Positions 20,079 to 33,557 of a stretch of 64,000 nucleotides of DNA are shown here, one piece after another (the stretch's first letter is position 1; each line of letters starts with the position of its first letter). The notes beneath the pieces were generated by a model. That model did not search any database. It saw only the letters and a program-made list of their open reading frames with translations, and was not told the DNA's origin. The DNA is from an uncultured delta proteobacterium (GTDB lineage: Bacteria > Myxococcota > Myxococcia > Myxococcales > Anaeromyxobacteraceae). A program made the translations under genes and the position numbers. The stretch covers positions 192,001 through 256,000 of the forward strand of contig CAWJSR010000029.1 of assembly GCA_963845515.1 (NCBI GenBank), written 5' to 3'.

Positions 20079-21137
20079 TCAAGCCTCCACCATCCCGAGG
20101 ATCGCTTCGCCGGGCAGCTCCAGCGACGCACCCCGGAGCATGACCGCCATACGCCGGACCTCGTCCCGCCTGGCCTCGATCCAGGCGAGCGGCACCGCCA
20201 GCGAGAGCGGCAGCCGCCGCGCGGCGAGCGCAAGCCGGCGCACCTCGGCCCGGTCGAGGAGGAGCTCGGCCACCGACGGATCCATCACCCGCTCCGGGGA
20301 GCAGGGGACGAGCGCTGCGACAGCGGCTCGCCGCGCCTCCGCGCCGCCCCTGGCCAGCCGCGCGAACGCGGCTGCGCCGATCCGCCTGCCCCAGGGGAGG
20401 AAGAGGTGATGGGAAGGGATCGCCGTCCCGAGCGCGAGGAGCGTCGTCGCGTTCCGTGCGTCCGCCTGCCCGGCGAGCCAGTCGAGCAGCGCCGCGGCGT
20501 CCTCACCGCCCCCGCGCGCCGCCTCGCCGACCCTGGAGAAGGCGACGCGGTCGACCCCCACCTCGGCGGCGAGCAGCCCGACGCGGTCGCGCTCCCGCAG
20601 CCCTGCGCGGATTGGCTCCGCGAACGGGCTCCCCTCCTCCGCGAGGCGGGCTGCGAGCGCCCCCGGCGACGCTGCCTCGGCCAGCCGACGGACCCTGGCC
20701 TCCGGCAGCCGCTCCGTGGGCGGTACCAGCGCCACGAGCCGGTCCGGCGCCACGCCGTGCGTCGTGCCACGCAGCAGGATCTTGAGCGCCCGGCCCTCCT
20801 GGAGGCCGAGCGCCGCCGAGAGCAGCCTCCGCTGCCTGTGCCCCTCCACCTCTGCGAGCAGGCGCGCCTCGTCTGCGCGGACGCCCGCCCGGAGCGACGC
20901 CTCGACCGCCGCCAGCAGCGGCGCGTCGTCCGGGCGGACGCCCTCGGCGCGGGCAGCCCCCTCCGCGCCCTTCGGTGGCTCGAGCCCAGGCACCGCAGGG
21001 AGCCTGCCGCGGCTCACGAGCAGCTCGATCCGCGCGGCGAGCGTCGGGCGGACGAGCAGCTCACGGAGCCCCGCCGCCCCGATCAGTCGCGAGCGCCGCG
21101 CGCCCACCCTCGCGTTGACGTTATCGAGCCTGGCCAT
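20079..21137 (-). CDS. ntpC: V/A-type ATP synthase subunit C (d/AhaC)
   Basis: NARVGARRSRL start, D-x-x-N (DARN) motif, E-V-R-R-like C-terminus; TGATG overlap with subunit E. Confidence 0.8.
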   Translation of the reverse strand: MARLDNVNARVGARRSRLIGAAGLRELLVRPTLAARIELLVSRGRLPAVPGLEPPKGAEGAARAEGVRPDDAPLLAAVEASLRAGVRADEARLLAEVEGHRQRRLLSAALGLQEGRALKILLRGTTHGVAPDRLVALVPPTERLPEARVRRLAEAASPGALAARLAEEGSPFAEPIRAGLRERDRVGLLAAEVGVDRVAFSRVGEAARGGGEDAAALLDWLAGQADARNATTLLALGTAIPSHHLFLPWGRRIGAAAFARLARGGAEARRAAVAALVPCSPERVMDPSVAELLLDRAEVRRLALAARRLPLSLAVPLAWIEARRDEVRRMAVMLRGASLELPGEAILGMVEA

Positions 21138-21715
21138 CAGTCCCCCGCCGAGAACAGGAGCCGCGCGATCTCGGGCTCGACCCGTGGCCACGCGCGCTCG
21201 AGGCGGGAGGCCACGGTGTCGTCGAGCACCAGCGCCCCCGTGACGAGCTCCACGCCACCCCTGGCTGCACCGGCCTCGCGGATCTCCGGCCTGGGATCGC
21301 GACCGAGGGCGTCGATCGCGCGGCGGGCGGCCTGCGCCGCCCCCGGATCGACCACCAGGACCCCGGAGACCGGCCCGGCCTCCAGGAGCAGCTCGGCGAC
21401 GAAGCGCTCCACGTCGGCAGGGGTCACCGCCTCAGGCAACCTGGCGAGCGCCTCCGCGCGCAGCGCGTCGAGCTGCCGCCGCCCCTCGACGAGGAGCGCG
21501 CGCTCCCGCTCCAGCCCCGCGGCGTCCCGGATCGACGTGGCCCGGGAGGCCTGCGCCCTCTCCTCCCTCGCCAGCGCCGCGGCGCGAAGCCTCGAGGTCT
21601 CGCTGCGCGCCTCGGCCACGATGCGCTCCGCCTCGCGCGCCGCCTCGTCCCGGAGGGTGCGCTCCTCGTGCGCCGCCTCCTCCCGAAGGACGCGCAGGAG
21701 TTCGTCCAGCCCCAC
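21137..21715 (-). CDS. ntpE: V/A-type ATP synthase subunit E
   Basis: Coiled-coil N-terminus MGLDELL..., C-terminal GGVEL...LDDTVASRL. Confidence 0.85.
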   Translation of the reverse strand: MGLDELLRVLREEAAHEERTLRDEAAREAERIVAEARSETSRLRAAALAREERAQASRATSIRDAAGLERERALLVEGRRQLDALRAEALARLPEAVTPADVERFVAELLLEAGPVSGVLVVDPGAAQAARRAIDALGRDPRPEIREAGAARGGVELVTGALVLDDTVASRLERAWPRVEPEIARLLFSAGD

Positions 21716-21718
21716 GGC

Positions 21719-21934
21719 TCACCTCCCAGTGAGGATCAGGACGGCGACGACGAAGCCGAGGATGACGAGCGTCTCCGGGATCGCGAGCATGACGATGATC
21801 GAGCCGCGCAGCTCGGGCTTCTCGGCGAGGGCTCCCGCCCCTGCCGAGCCGATGCGCGACTGGACCCACGCCGTCGCGAGCGCAGACACGCCTATGGTCA
21901 GGGCAGCCGCCAGTGCGATGTAGACCTTCTCCAT
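21719..21934 (-). CDS. ntpK: V/A-type ATP synthase proteolipid subunit K/c (single hairpin)
   Basis: 71 aa with two TM helices; Q-x-x-IG-x-AG-x-GA-x-AE and PETLV with the conserved Glu. Confidence 0.93.
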   Translation of the reverse strand: MEKVYIALAAALTIGVSALATAWVQSRIGSAGAGALAEKPELRGSIIVMLAIPETLVILGFVVAVLILTGR

Positions 21935-21952
21935 GGTGCTCTCCTCCCGGCG

Positions 21953-23836
21953 TCAGCCGGCCAGCGCGAAGGGGTGGAACGGCTCCCCGCCCTCCTCGTA
22001 GAACCGCTCGAAGAACTCGACGTAGTGGAGGCGCAGCGCCGCCACGAGAGGGCTCACCAGCCCGAAGCTGAAGTTGATGACGTGGAGGAGCAGGCCGACG
22101 GCGAAGCCGGCCGCGGGCGGCGAGAGGGTGCGCCAGATCGCGTTGGCGACGTCGGCCAGCATGGCCGACGCGAGTCCGAGCGCCATGAGGCGGGAGTAGG
22201 AGAGGACGTTCCCGAGTCCGAGGACGAGGTCGAGCGCCGCCAGCGGCCCCTCCGCGATCACCGCCACGAGGACGAAGAGCCCCAGCGCAGCGACCGCCCC
22301 CAGGAGCCACGGGCGAGCGAGCGCCCCGGCGACGGCCACCGCCGCGAGCCCGCCGGCGACGAGCAACCCGAGCTTCGCGATCCTCGCCACCACCGCCCGC
22401 CCGTGCCCGGACCGGGCCGAGGTGTAGACGCCGAGCGCGGCGCCTACGAGCACGTGCGCGCCCCCGACCGCCACCGCGAGCCCCAGGAACTCGAGCACCT
22501 CGCGCCGCCGATGGAACAGGAGCGGGCGGAGCCCAATCGAGGCGCCCAGGTCGCCGAGCGCCTCGCCGTAGAGCAGGCCGAACAGGAGCGCGGCGAGGGC
22601 GCACACCAGCGCCACGGCGGCGACGTCCTTCCCCATCCGGCCACCCCAGCCCAGCCTCATCGCGATCAGGGCGCCCGCCGCGGCGAGCAGGCCGAAGGCT
22701 ACGTCGCCGAGGACGAAGCCGAAGAAGAGCGGGAAGGAGACCGCGAGCCACGGCGTCGGATCGACCGAGCCGTAGCGCGGCAGCGGCACGAGCGCGAGCA
22801 GGAGCTGGAACGGGCGAAGCCACGCAGGGTTGCTCAGGACCACTGGGACGTGGCTCCACTCGCCGGGCACCGGCGCGTGGGAGAGGAGCGCGACCGCGCC
22901 CCCCATCTCGGCGTCGACCGCCGCCCGCAGCGTCGCGACGTGGCTCGCCGGAGTCCAGCCGGCCACGACGAACGAGAAGCGGGTCGCGCCGCACTGCTCC
23001 GTCGCCTGGAGGCGAGCCAGCGCCGCGCGCGCGCTCCGCTGGGCGGCCGCCAGGGCCGGCCCGAACATCGAGGCGAGCCGGGAGAGCGCCACGTCGATCT
23101 CCGCGAGCTCCCTGGGGACCTGCTGCCGGCGCGCCGCGAGCAGGAGGAGCACCTCGATGAGCGGCTTCCCCGCGAACCCCGGCGGCAGCCGCACCTCCTC
23201 GACGCCGTGGGCGAAGAGGAGCGTCGCCAGCTCGCGGGACGCCGACCTGGGGACCGTCAGGAGGACGCCGACGTTGCCGTCCCCGAGCGGGCGCGCGTCC
23301 AGGTCGTAGTTGCCCCCCGTGATTCGACCGGTCTCCTGCGCGAGCAGCGCGAGCGCCTCCGGGTCCTCCTTGAGAAACAGACCGTGGATCTCCGGCCCCA
23401 GCCCCGGGTCGACCCGGTGCCGGATCGGAGAGAGCGCGACCATCAGGCGCTCGAACCGCGCCACAGCCTCCTGCTCTTCGACGAGCGCGGAGCGCCGGTC
23501 GACGAGGGCGCCCACCTCCTGCTCCAGGGCTCCGAGCCGGGCGAGCAGCGCCGGACCGCCCGGCTCAGGCAGCGCCTCCGATCGGTCCGTGGGGTGCGCG
23601 AACGGAAGGCGCGCTGCGAGCGCCGCCGCCCGCTCCGCGGCCTCCACCAGCGAACGGGCGAGCGCGTCGGCGTCGGGCATGGGCACCAGCGGGCGCACCA
23701 GCGCCACCCCGTCGGCGCCACGCTCATCGCCCGTCGCACGCAGTTGGATGACGCCGCGCTCTTGCAGGAAGGCGAGCGCCCGCGGCAGGAGGTCGCGCGG
23801 CCCGATCAACTGGACCTTGGCCATGCGCAGGATCAC
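21953..23836 (-). CDS. ntpI: V/A-type ATP synthase subunit I (a)
   Basis: PRYGSVDPT, FPLFFGFVLGD, NVLSYSRLMALGL (essential Arg), LRLHYVEFF. Confidence 0.94.
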   Translation of the reverse strand: MILRMAKVQLIGPRDLLPRALAFLQERGVIQLRATGDERGADGVALVRPLVPMPDADALARSLVEAAERAAALAARLPFAHPTDRSEALPEPGGPALLARLGALEQEVGALVDRRSALVEEQEAVARFERLMVALSPIRHRVDPGLGPEIHGLFLKEDPEALALLAQETGRITGGNYDLDARPLGDGNVGVLLTVPRSASRELATLLFAHGVEEVRLPPGFAGKPLIEVLLLLAARRQQVPRELAEIDVALSRLASMFGPALAAAQRSARAALARLQATEQCGATRFSFVVAGWTPASHVATLRAAVDAEMGGAVALLSHAPVPGEWSHVPVVLSNPAWLRPFQLLLALVPLPRYGSVDPTPWLAVSFPLFFGFVLGDVAFGLLAAAGALIAMRLGWGGRMGKDVAAVALVCALAALLFGLLYGEALGDLGASIGLRPLLFHRRREVLEFLGLAVAVGGAHVLVGAALGVYTSARSGHGRAVVARIAKLGLLVAGGLAAVAVAGALARPWLLGAVAALGLFVLVAVIAEGPLAALDLVLGLGNVLSYSRLMALGLASAMLADVANAIWRTLSPPAAGFAVGLLLHVINFSFGLVSPLVAALRLHYVEFFERFYEEGGEPFHPFALAG

Positions 23837-24177
23837 GCCGTCCCCCTCCCCAGCACGATCTCCAGGACCCTCGCCAGCGCCCGGGGGCGGTTCGCCTCGG
23901 CGCGCCGCGCCAGGGCCGCGACCTGCTCGACGCCCGCTGCGCGCGCCCGGGTCGCTTCGCGCGCGCCGGCCTCCGCGGCCTCCGCCCGCAGACGCGCCAG
24001 GTCTGCCTCCAGCGCAGCGCGCGCTCCGGCCACGATCAGCGCGGCCTCACCTCGGGCCGCCGCGATGGCTGCCGCGGCCGCGCGCCGAGCCTCGTCGAGC
24101 CTCAGCTCGAGCTCTGCCTCGTCACCGCACAGCCGCTCGAGCGGAGCGCGGTCGCCGCTGGGTGAGGGCTCCTGCAT
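23833..24177 (-). CDS. V/A-type ATP synthase subunit G/H (peripheral stalk)
   Basis: 114-aa Ala/Glu/Arg coiled coil, first gene of the operon, ATGA overlap with subunit I. Confidence 0.7.
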   Translation of the reverse strand: MQEPSPSGDRAPLERLCGDEAELELRLDEARRAAAAAIAAARGEAALIVAGARAALEADLARLRAEAAEAGAREATRARAAGVEQVAALARRAEANRPRALARVLEIVLGRGTA

Positions 24178-24375
24178 GTGGCACCCCTGATCACGAGCAG
24201 ATGCCTTGCCTCCTCGGGTGTAAAGCTCCGGACGGGCTCCCGGGTGGGGGTGCGCGCGACCGCCCGCACGTCCGCGGATGCAGGCGCACGGAAAGGTGGG
24301 GGCCGACCACGATGGGGGGATCGATTCGCTGCGCGCGGCTCACGGCCCCGCGCACCGAGCTTCGCGCCGGGCTGG

Positions 24376-25254
24376 CTAGAGGTACTTGCCCAGGATCGGC
24401 GCGAGCTTCTTCTGTGTCGCCGCCGGGATCCTGGCCTTGTCTGACCAGATTGCGAGGGCGAGCGCCGACTGGCACACGCACGGCTTCTCGGCCAGCGCAG
24501 CGACCTGCGGGATCGCCCGCTTGATGAGCTCCAGGGCATTGGCCGTGGCGGCCTTCACGTTCCCCAGGATCTCCTCGATCAGCTTCGCCTGGTCGACGCT
24601 CGCCGGATGCGGCTTCCAGCAGTCGTAGTCGGTGGGGAGGGCGACGAGCCCGTAGCAGATCTCCGCCTCACGGGCGAGCCGCGCCTCCGGCATCACCGTC
24701 ATCCCGATGAGCGAAGCGCCCCAGCCGCGGTGAAGCTCGCTCTCCGCGCGGGTCGAGAACTGCGGACCCTCCATGCAGACGTAGGTCCCGCCCTGGTGCG
24801 CCCGCGTCGGCAGCCCGACCGCAGCCTTCACGAGGACGCTCCTGACGTTGTTGCAGAAGGGCGCGGCAAACTCGACGTGCACGGCCAGCTCGTCGAAGAA
24901 CGTGCTGGGGCGCCTGAAGGTCTTGTCGATCACCTGGTCCGGGATGACCAGCTGCCGTGGGGCCACCTCCTCACGGAGGCTCCCGACCGCGCCGGACGCC
25001 ACGATGTGCGTCACCCCGAGGGTCTTCAGCGCGAAGATGTTGGCTCGATACGGGACCTGCGACGGGTTCAGCAGGTGACCTTCGCCGTGACGGGAGAGGA
25101 GCGCTACCCGCACGCCCCCCACCTCGGTGAGCGTGATTGGGCCCGATGGCTTGCCGAACGGGGTCTCGATCTCCCGGACCTCGCCCTGCCCCAGCGCCCC
25201 CAGGGCATCGCCCAGCCCGGTCCCACCGATCACCCCGACGACGACTGAGCTCAT
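24376..25254 (-). CDS. mtnP: S-methyl-5'-thioadenosine phosphorylase
   Basis: GVIGGTG, TPFGKPS, RHGEGH, YRANI, EGPQFSTRAES, GMT, TDYDCW motifs. Confidence 0.94.
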   Translation of the reverse strand: MSSVVVGVIGGTGLGDALGALGQGEVREIETPFGKPSGPITLTEVGGVRVALLSRHGEGHLLNPSQVPYRANIFALKTLGVTHIVASGAVGSLREEVAPRQLVIPDQVIDKTFRRPSTFFDELAVHVEFAAPFCNNVRSVLVKAAVGLPTRAHQGGTYVCMEGPQFSTRAESELHRGWGASLIGMTVMPEARLAREAEICYGLVALPTDYDCWKPHPASVDQAKLIEEILGNVKAATANALELIKRAIPQVAALAEKPCVCQSALALAIWSDKARIPAATQKKLAPILGKYL

Positions 25255-25382
25255 CTGTCCAACTCCCGGACGCGGTTCACGCCCCGCACGAATCGTCGAG
25301 CATACCTCGGCTCAGCGCGCGGCGACGGGAATCAGGGAACCACGACGACAGCCACGCACCCTTCGCGGGGCCCTGTGGCCAC

Positions 25383-25422
25383 AAAAAGGTGAGGCCCGTC
25401 AACGTTTCCGTTGACGGGCCTC
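25383..25422 (-). terminator. rRNA operon terminator
   Basis: Perfect 14-bp stem GAGGCCCGTCAACG/CGTTGACGGGCCTC followed on the minus strand by ACCTTTTT. Confidence 0.85.
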
Positions 25423-25429
25423 GAAAAAA

Positions 25430-25546
<117 letters not shown>

Positions 25547-25691
25547 AATTTATAAAGAGCAGAAGGCGAAGCCTTCTGACAACCATACGAAGGGTAATTT
25601 GAGCAGCGAACAACGAAGTCACGCGGCTTTGAACTTCAAACTGGATCTCGATCTCGACCTCGCACAGGTCACCTACGACCTGAGAAGAGGG

Positions 25692-28663
<2,972 letters not shown>

Positions 28664-28859
28664 ACCCTGAACTCAGGCCTCCCGAGCCGTTGGCTCGAGC
28701 GGCGCCTGTCCAAGGTCGAGATCCAAATCCTTTGAAGATTCGGAGCTCGCGTAGACCTAGCTGTTACGATGCTCATTTTACCCTTCGTATTCGGTTGTCA
28801 GAGTGCTTCGCCGGCGAGAACTTCCTCGCCGAACCGGGACACGAGTTCCCGGTTGAAAA

Positions 28860-28935
28860 TGGTGGAGCTGATCGGAATCGAACCGACGACATCCAGCTTG
28901 CAAAGCTGGCGCTCTACCAACTGAGCTACAGCCCC
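28860..28935 (-). tRNA. tRNA-Ala (TGC)
   Basis: GGGGCTGTAGCTCAG...TTGCAA...CTCCACCA in the ITS. Confidence 0.96.
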
Positions 28936-28954
28936 ACGAAGCCGTGGTCAGAAA

Positions 28955-29032
<78 letters not shown>

Positions 29033-29227
29033 ATGCCTGATGCATTTCTTTTCCGACGCTTCCACAGGAAGCCTTTTCAAAGAACCGAGCGAGGCTCGGT
29101 CCCTGGAAACTGAATAGCAAGCTTGACGAGGGATGCGGACGCATCCATTGAGAAAGCCTCTCGAAGCCCTTGCGGGCCAGAGGCTGACCTAGGATTGGCG
29201 GCATGACATCCGAAGATGTCTTCCGCG

Positions 29228-30790
<1,563 letters not shown>

Positions 30791-30892
30791 TAAGAGTTTT
30801 GGCTCGACACCGTCGCCCCTTGCGAGGCGGGTCGGCATCTGGTGCTACATGTGTATTGCGTTCTCAAGGAATGCAGGTCCGCATTCTCTCGT

Positions 30893-30918
30893 TGCTTGCT
30901 ATTCAGTTTTCAAAGACC
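30893..30918 (-). promoter_or_regulatory. rrn leader boxA-like element and 5' arm of the 16S processing stem
   Basis: Minus strand GGTCTTTGAAAACTGAATAGCAAGC is complementary to the ITS segment near 29098-29122. A second boxA-like GGTTCTTTGAAAA lies at 29074-29086. Confidence 0.65.
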
Positions 30919-31015
30919 GAGCGACACCACTCGATACGGAGCCGAGCTCCGCTTCGAGCCTTGAATGCCTGGCCGGAGTCACTAGGACATCCGGCCTGCG
31001 TCAAGGAGGGCGGCG

Positions 31016-31708
31016 TTAATACCTCTGCCACCCCGGCAAGTCAAGTGCGATTCTCCAACTTTCTGCTCCGGAGATGCACCGGACTGCGAGAGGTCGATGT
31101 TTAGATCAACCTCTTCTGCTCGTCAAGCACCCACCGAAGCCTTCTCGGCAGCCTGCTTTGCGAGGGGCGCGACTTCTACCCCTTCACCGAGCATCCCGTC
31201 AAGCACTCCGGCGATTTTCTTTCGCCGTCGTAGCTCGTTGAGGGCCAACTTCTCTGCCCCCTACGGGTCCCTCAGCAGCGCGACTTCCGCGCTGCTTGGA
31301 GGGGCGCGACTTCTACCCCTCCGTCCAACTTCCCGTCAAGCACTCCGGCGATTTTCTTTCGCCGTCGTAGCTCGTTGAGGGCCAACTTCTCTGCCCCCTA
31401 CGGGTCCCTCAGCAGCGCGACTTCCGCGCTGCTTGGAGGGGCGCGACTTCTACCCCTCCGTCCAACTTCCCGTCAAGCACTCCGGCGATTTTCTTTCGCC
31501 TTTGCCGCTCGCGGGGGCCGACTTCTCTTCCCCCTACGGGTCCCTACGACCGCCGCGCCACTTCGAGTTGCCGCGCTGCGTTGGGAGAGGCGGTTTGTAG
31601 TCCCCCTCCGTGATTTCAGCAAGGAGTAACCCGAGATTCGCTTCCGCGGTTTCGGGCGCCTTCTTGCTGGCGGGGCGCGTTCTAGCCCCCCTGCCTCCGT
31701 CGTGTCAA
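31016..31708 (-). promoter_or_regulatory. Array of about seven tandem sigma70-like rrn promoters
   Basis: -35/-10 pairs on the minus strand: TTGACA-18-TAGAAC (31708), TTGCTG-17-TACAAA (31622), TTGACG-18-TAGAAG three times (31476, 31339, 31202), TTGACG-17-TAAACA (31126), TTGACT-17-TATTAA (31044). Most are followed by GC-rich discriminators. Confidence 0.65.
31194..31500. repeat. 137-bp tandem repeat (about 2.2 identical copies plus degenerate flanks)
   Basis: CGTCAAGCACTCCGGCGATTTTCTTTCGCC starts at 31197, 31334 and 31471 (period 137). Partial matches at about 31162-31183 and 31515-31545. Confidence 0.92.
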
Positions 31709-31751
31709 GCGCCGCTGTTGAGCTTCTCGACAATGGCTTCGATCGGGGCCG

Positions 31752-32414
31752 CTACCAGGCCCCGGTCGAGGCCACGCCCCGCCGGCACCGCGCCGCGACT
31801 GCCTCTGCTTCGGCATCGACCCTTCCCCCCAGGGTTGCCCGCGCGTGCCGCAGGATCGCCGAGACCCGTTCGCAGGCCTCCTCGAGCACGTCGTTGACGA
31901 CCACGTACTCGTAGCTCGCGAGCCCGCGCGCAATCTCCGTTCGCGCGGCGGCGAGGCGGCGCTGGATCACGTCCTCGCTGTCGGTGTCGCGGCCGCGCAG
32001 GCGCCGCTCGAGCTCAGCGGCGTCCGGCGGCAGGACGAAGACGGTGCAGGCTTCGCGCGGGTATGCGGCCTTGATCTGCTCGCCGCCCTGGACGTCGATG
32101 TCGAAGATTGCGACCCGGCCCTTCCGGAGCGCGTCGTCGACGGTCGGGCGGAGCGTCCCGTAGTGGCGCCCGTGGACCTCGGCCCACTCGGCGAACGCGC
32201 CTGCGGCAACCAGCGACTGGAAGCGCTCCGGCGCGACGAAGTGGTAGTCGACTCCGTCACGCTCCTCGCCGCGCGGCTCGCGCGTGGTGGCGGAGACAGA
32301 GAAGACGGCGTCGGGATGGCGGGAGCGGTAGAGGTGCGCGAGCGTCGTCTTTCCGGCACCAGAGGGCGCGGAGAGGACGAGGAGCACGCCGGGGGCCGGC
32401 GCCTCACTCGACAT
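31752..32414 (-). CDS. gmk: Guanylate kinase
   Basis: SAPSGAGKTT, SATTREPRGEERDGVDYHF, DIDVQG motifs. Confidence 0.95.
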   Translation of the reverse strand: MSSEAPAPGVLLVLSAPSGAGKTTLAHLYRSRHPDAVFSVSATTREPRGEERDGVDYHFVAPERFQSLVAAGAFAEWAEVHGRHYGTLRPTVDDALRKGRVAIFDIDVQGGEQIKAAYPREACTVFVLPPDAAELERRLRGRDTDSEDVIQRRLAAARTEIARGLASYEYVVVNDVLEEACERVSAILRHARATLGGRVDAEAEAVAARCRRGVASTGAW

Positions 32415-33279
32415 TCTGGACCTGCTCCCGCATCCGCTCGATCTCCACCTTGAGCGAGACCACCTCGGAGACGATCTCGGCGGACTGCGACTTCGAGCCG
32501 ATGGTGTTCGCCTCGCGGTGCATCTCCTGGACGATGAAGTCCAGCTTGCGCCCTGCGGGCTCGCCTCCTGCGAGCAGGCTCCGCACCTGCGCCACGTGGC
32601 TCCCGAGCCGGGTGATCTCCTCGGTCACGTCGGTCCGATCGGCGAAGAGCGCGACCTCCTGCGCCAGCCGGGAGGCATCGAGCGGGATGCCGCGCGTCAG
32701 CTCGGCGATCCGCTCCTCGAGCCGCGCGCGGTGGTGATCCACGGATCGCGGAACCATGCCGTGGACGCGCGCGACGATCTCCTCCACCTGCGTCAGCCTC
32801 GAGGAGAGGTCGCGCGAGAGCGCCGCGCCCTCCTTCTCGCGCATCACCAGCAGGGCCTCCAGCGCGCGGTCGAGCGCGCGTAGGAGCCCGTCGCGGGCTG
32901 CGTCCGCGTTGATCTCCCGCTCCTCGAGCCGGATCACGCCGTCGGCCGCGAGCACGTCGGCGAGCGTGGCCGCGCCGGGGAGCGAGAGCCGTGCCTGCAG
33001 CTCGGCGAACGCCCTCGCGTAAGCCTCGGCGAGGTGGGCGTCGACCCTGGGTGCGACCGAGCCGTGGTTCCCGGAGCGGCGCGCCGTGACCTCGACGCCG
33101 CCGCGGGCCAGCCGCTCCTTCACGACCCGGGCCACCTCGACCTCGAGCGCGCCGAGCTCGCGAGGCAGCCGCGCCTTGACCTCGCAGTACTTGTGATTCA
33201 CCGAGCGGACCTCGACGGAGATCTCCTCCTCGCCCGAGGAGCCCTTCCCAGCGCCGAAGCCCGTCATGCTGCGGATCAT
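32404..33279 (-). CDS. yicC: YicC/YloC family endoribonuclease
   Basis: MIRSMTGFG start and GRKLDF...QEMHREANTIGSK...REQVQNVE end; adjacent to gmk as is typical. Confidence 0.93.
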   Translation of the reverse strand: MIRSMTGFGAGKGSSGEEEISVEVRSVNHKYCEVKARLPRELGALEVEVARVVKERLARGGVEVTARRSGNHGSVAPRVDAHLAEAYARAFAELQARLSLPGAATLADVLAADGVIRLEEREINADAARDGLLRALDRALEALLVMREKEGAALSRDLSSRLTQVEEIVARVHGMVPRSVDHHRARLEERIAELTRGIPLDASRLAQEVALFADRTDVTEEITRLGSHVAQVRSLLAGGEPAGRKLDFIVQEMHREANTIGSKSQSAEIVSEVVSLKVEIERMREQVQNVE

Positions 33280-33349
33280 CGCGTCTCCCGGAGATCGCGT
33301 CGTGGTCGAGGGCTCGGCGAAGCTGTCGCCCGCCCCGAAGAGTGGACGG

Positions 33350-33538
33350 TCAAGGTTGGCCCGTGGTCCCGCCGAGAGGCTTCGCCTCCTCGATGAGCAT
33401 CACCGGGATGCCGTCGTCGATTCGGTAGGCCAGCCTGCAGCGGAGGCAGTGGATCTCGCCACGGTCCTCGTGAAACTCGAGATCGCCCTTGCACCTGGGG
33501 CAGGCGAGGATTTCCTTGAGATCGGGCGAGAGGGCCAT
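33350..33538 (-). CDS. Trm112-like (YcaR/UPF0434) protein
   Basis: ILACPRCKGDL...C..C..AYRIDDGIPVMLIEEA. Confidence 0.9.
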   Translation of the reverse strand: MALSPDLKEILACPRCKGDLEFHEDRGEIHCLRCRLAYRIDDGIPVMLIEEAKPLGGTTGQP

Positions 33539-33557
33539 TGGGTCTCCGGCGGGAAAT

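Noticed and set aside
2438..24300. Genomic island integrated at tRNA-Asn
   Set aside because: No integrase or transposase, no repeated tRNA 3' end found (CCTGGGGAGC near 51591 lies inside a permease gene), and no clear compositional shift.
31194..31500. CRISPR array or coding repeat
   Set aside because: The units are fully identical 137-mers with no unique spacers, and no cas genes are present. The short ORFs over it are antisense to the rrn leader.
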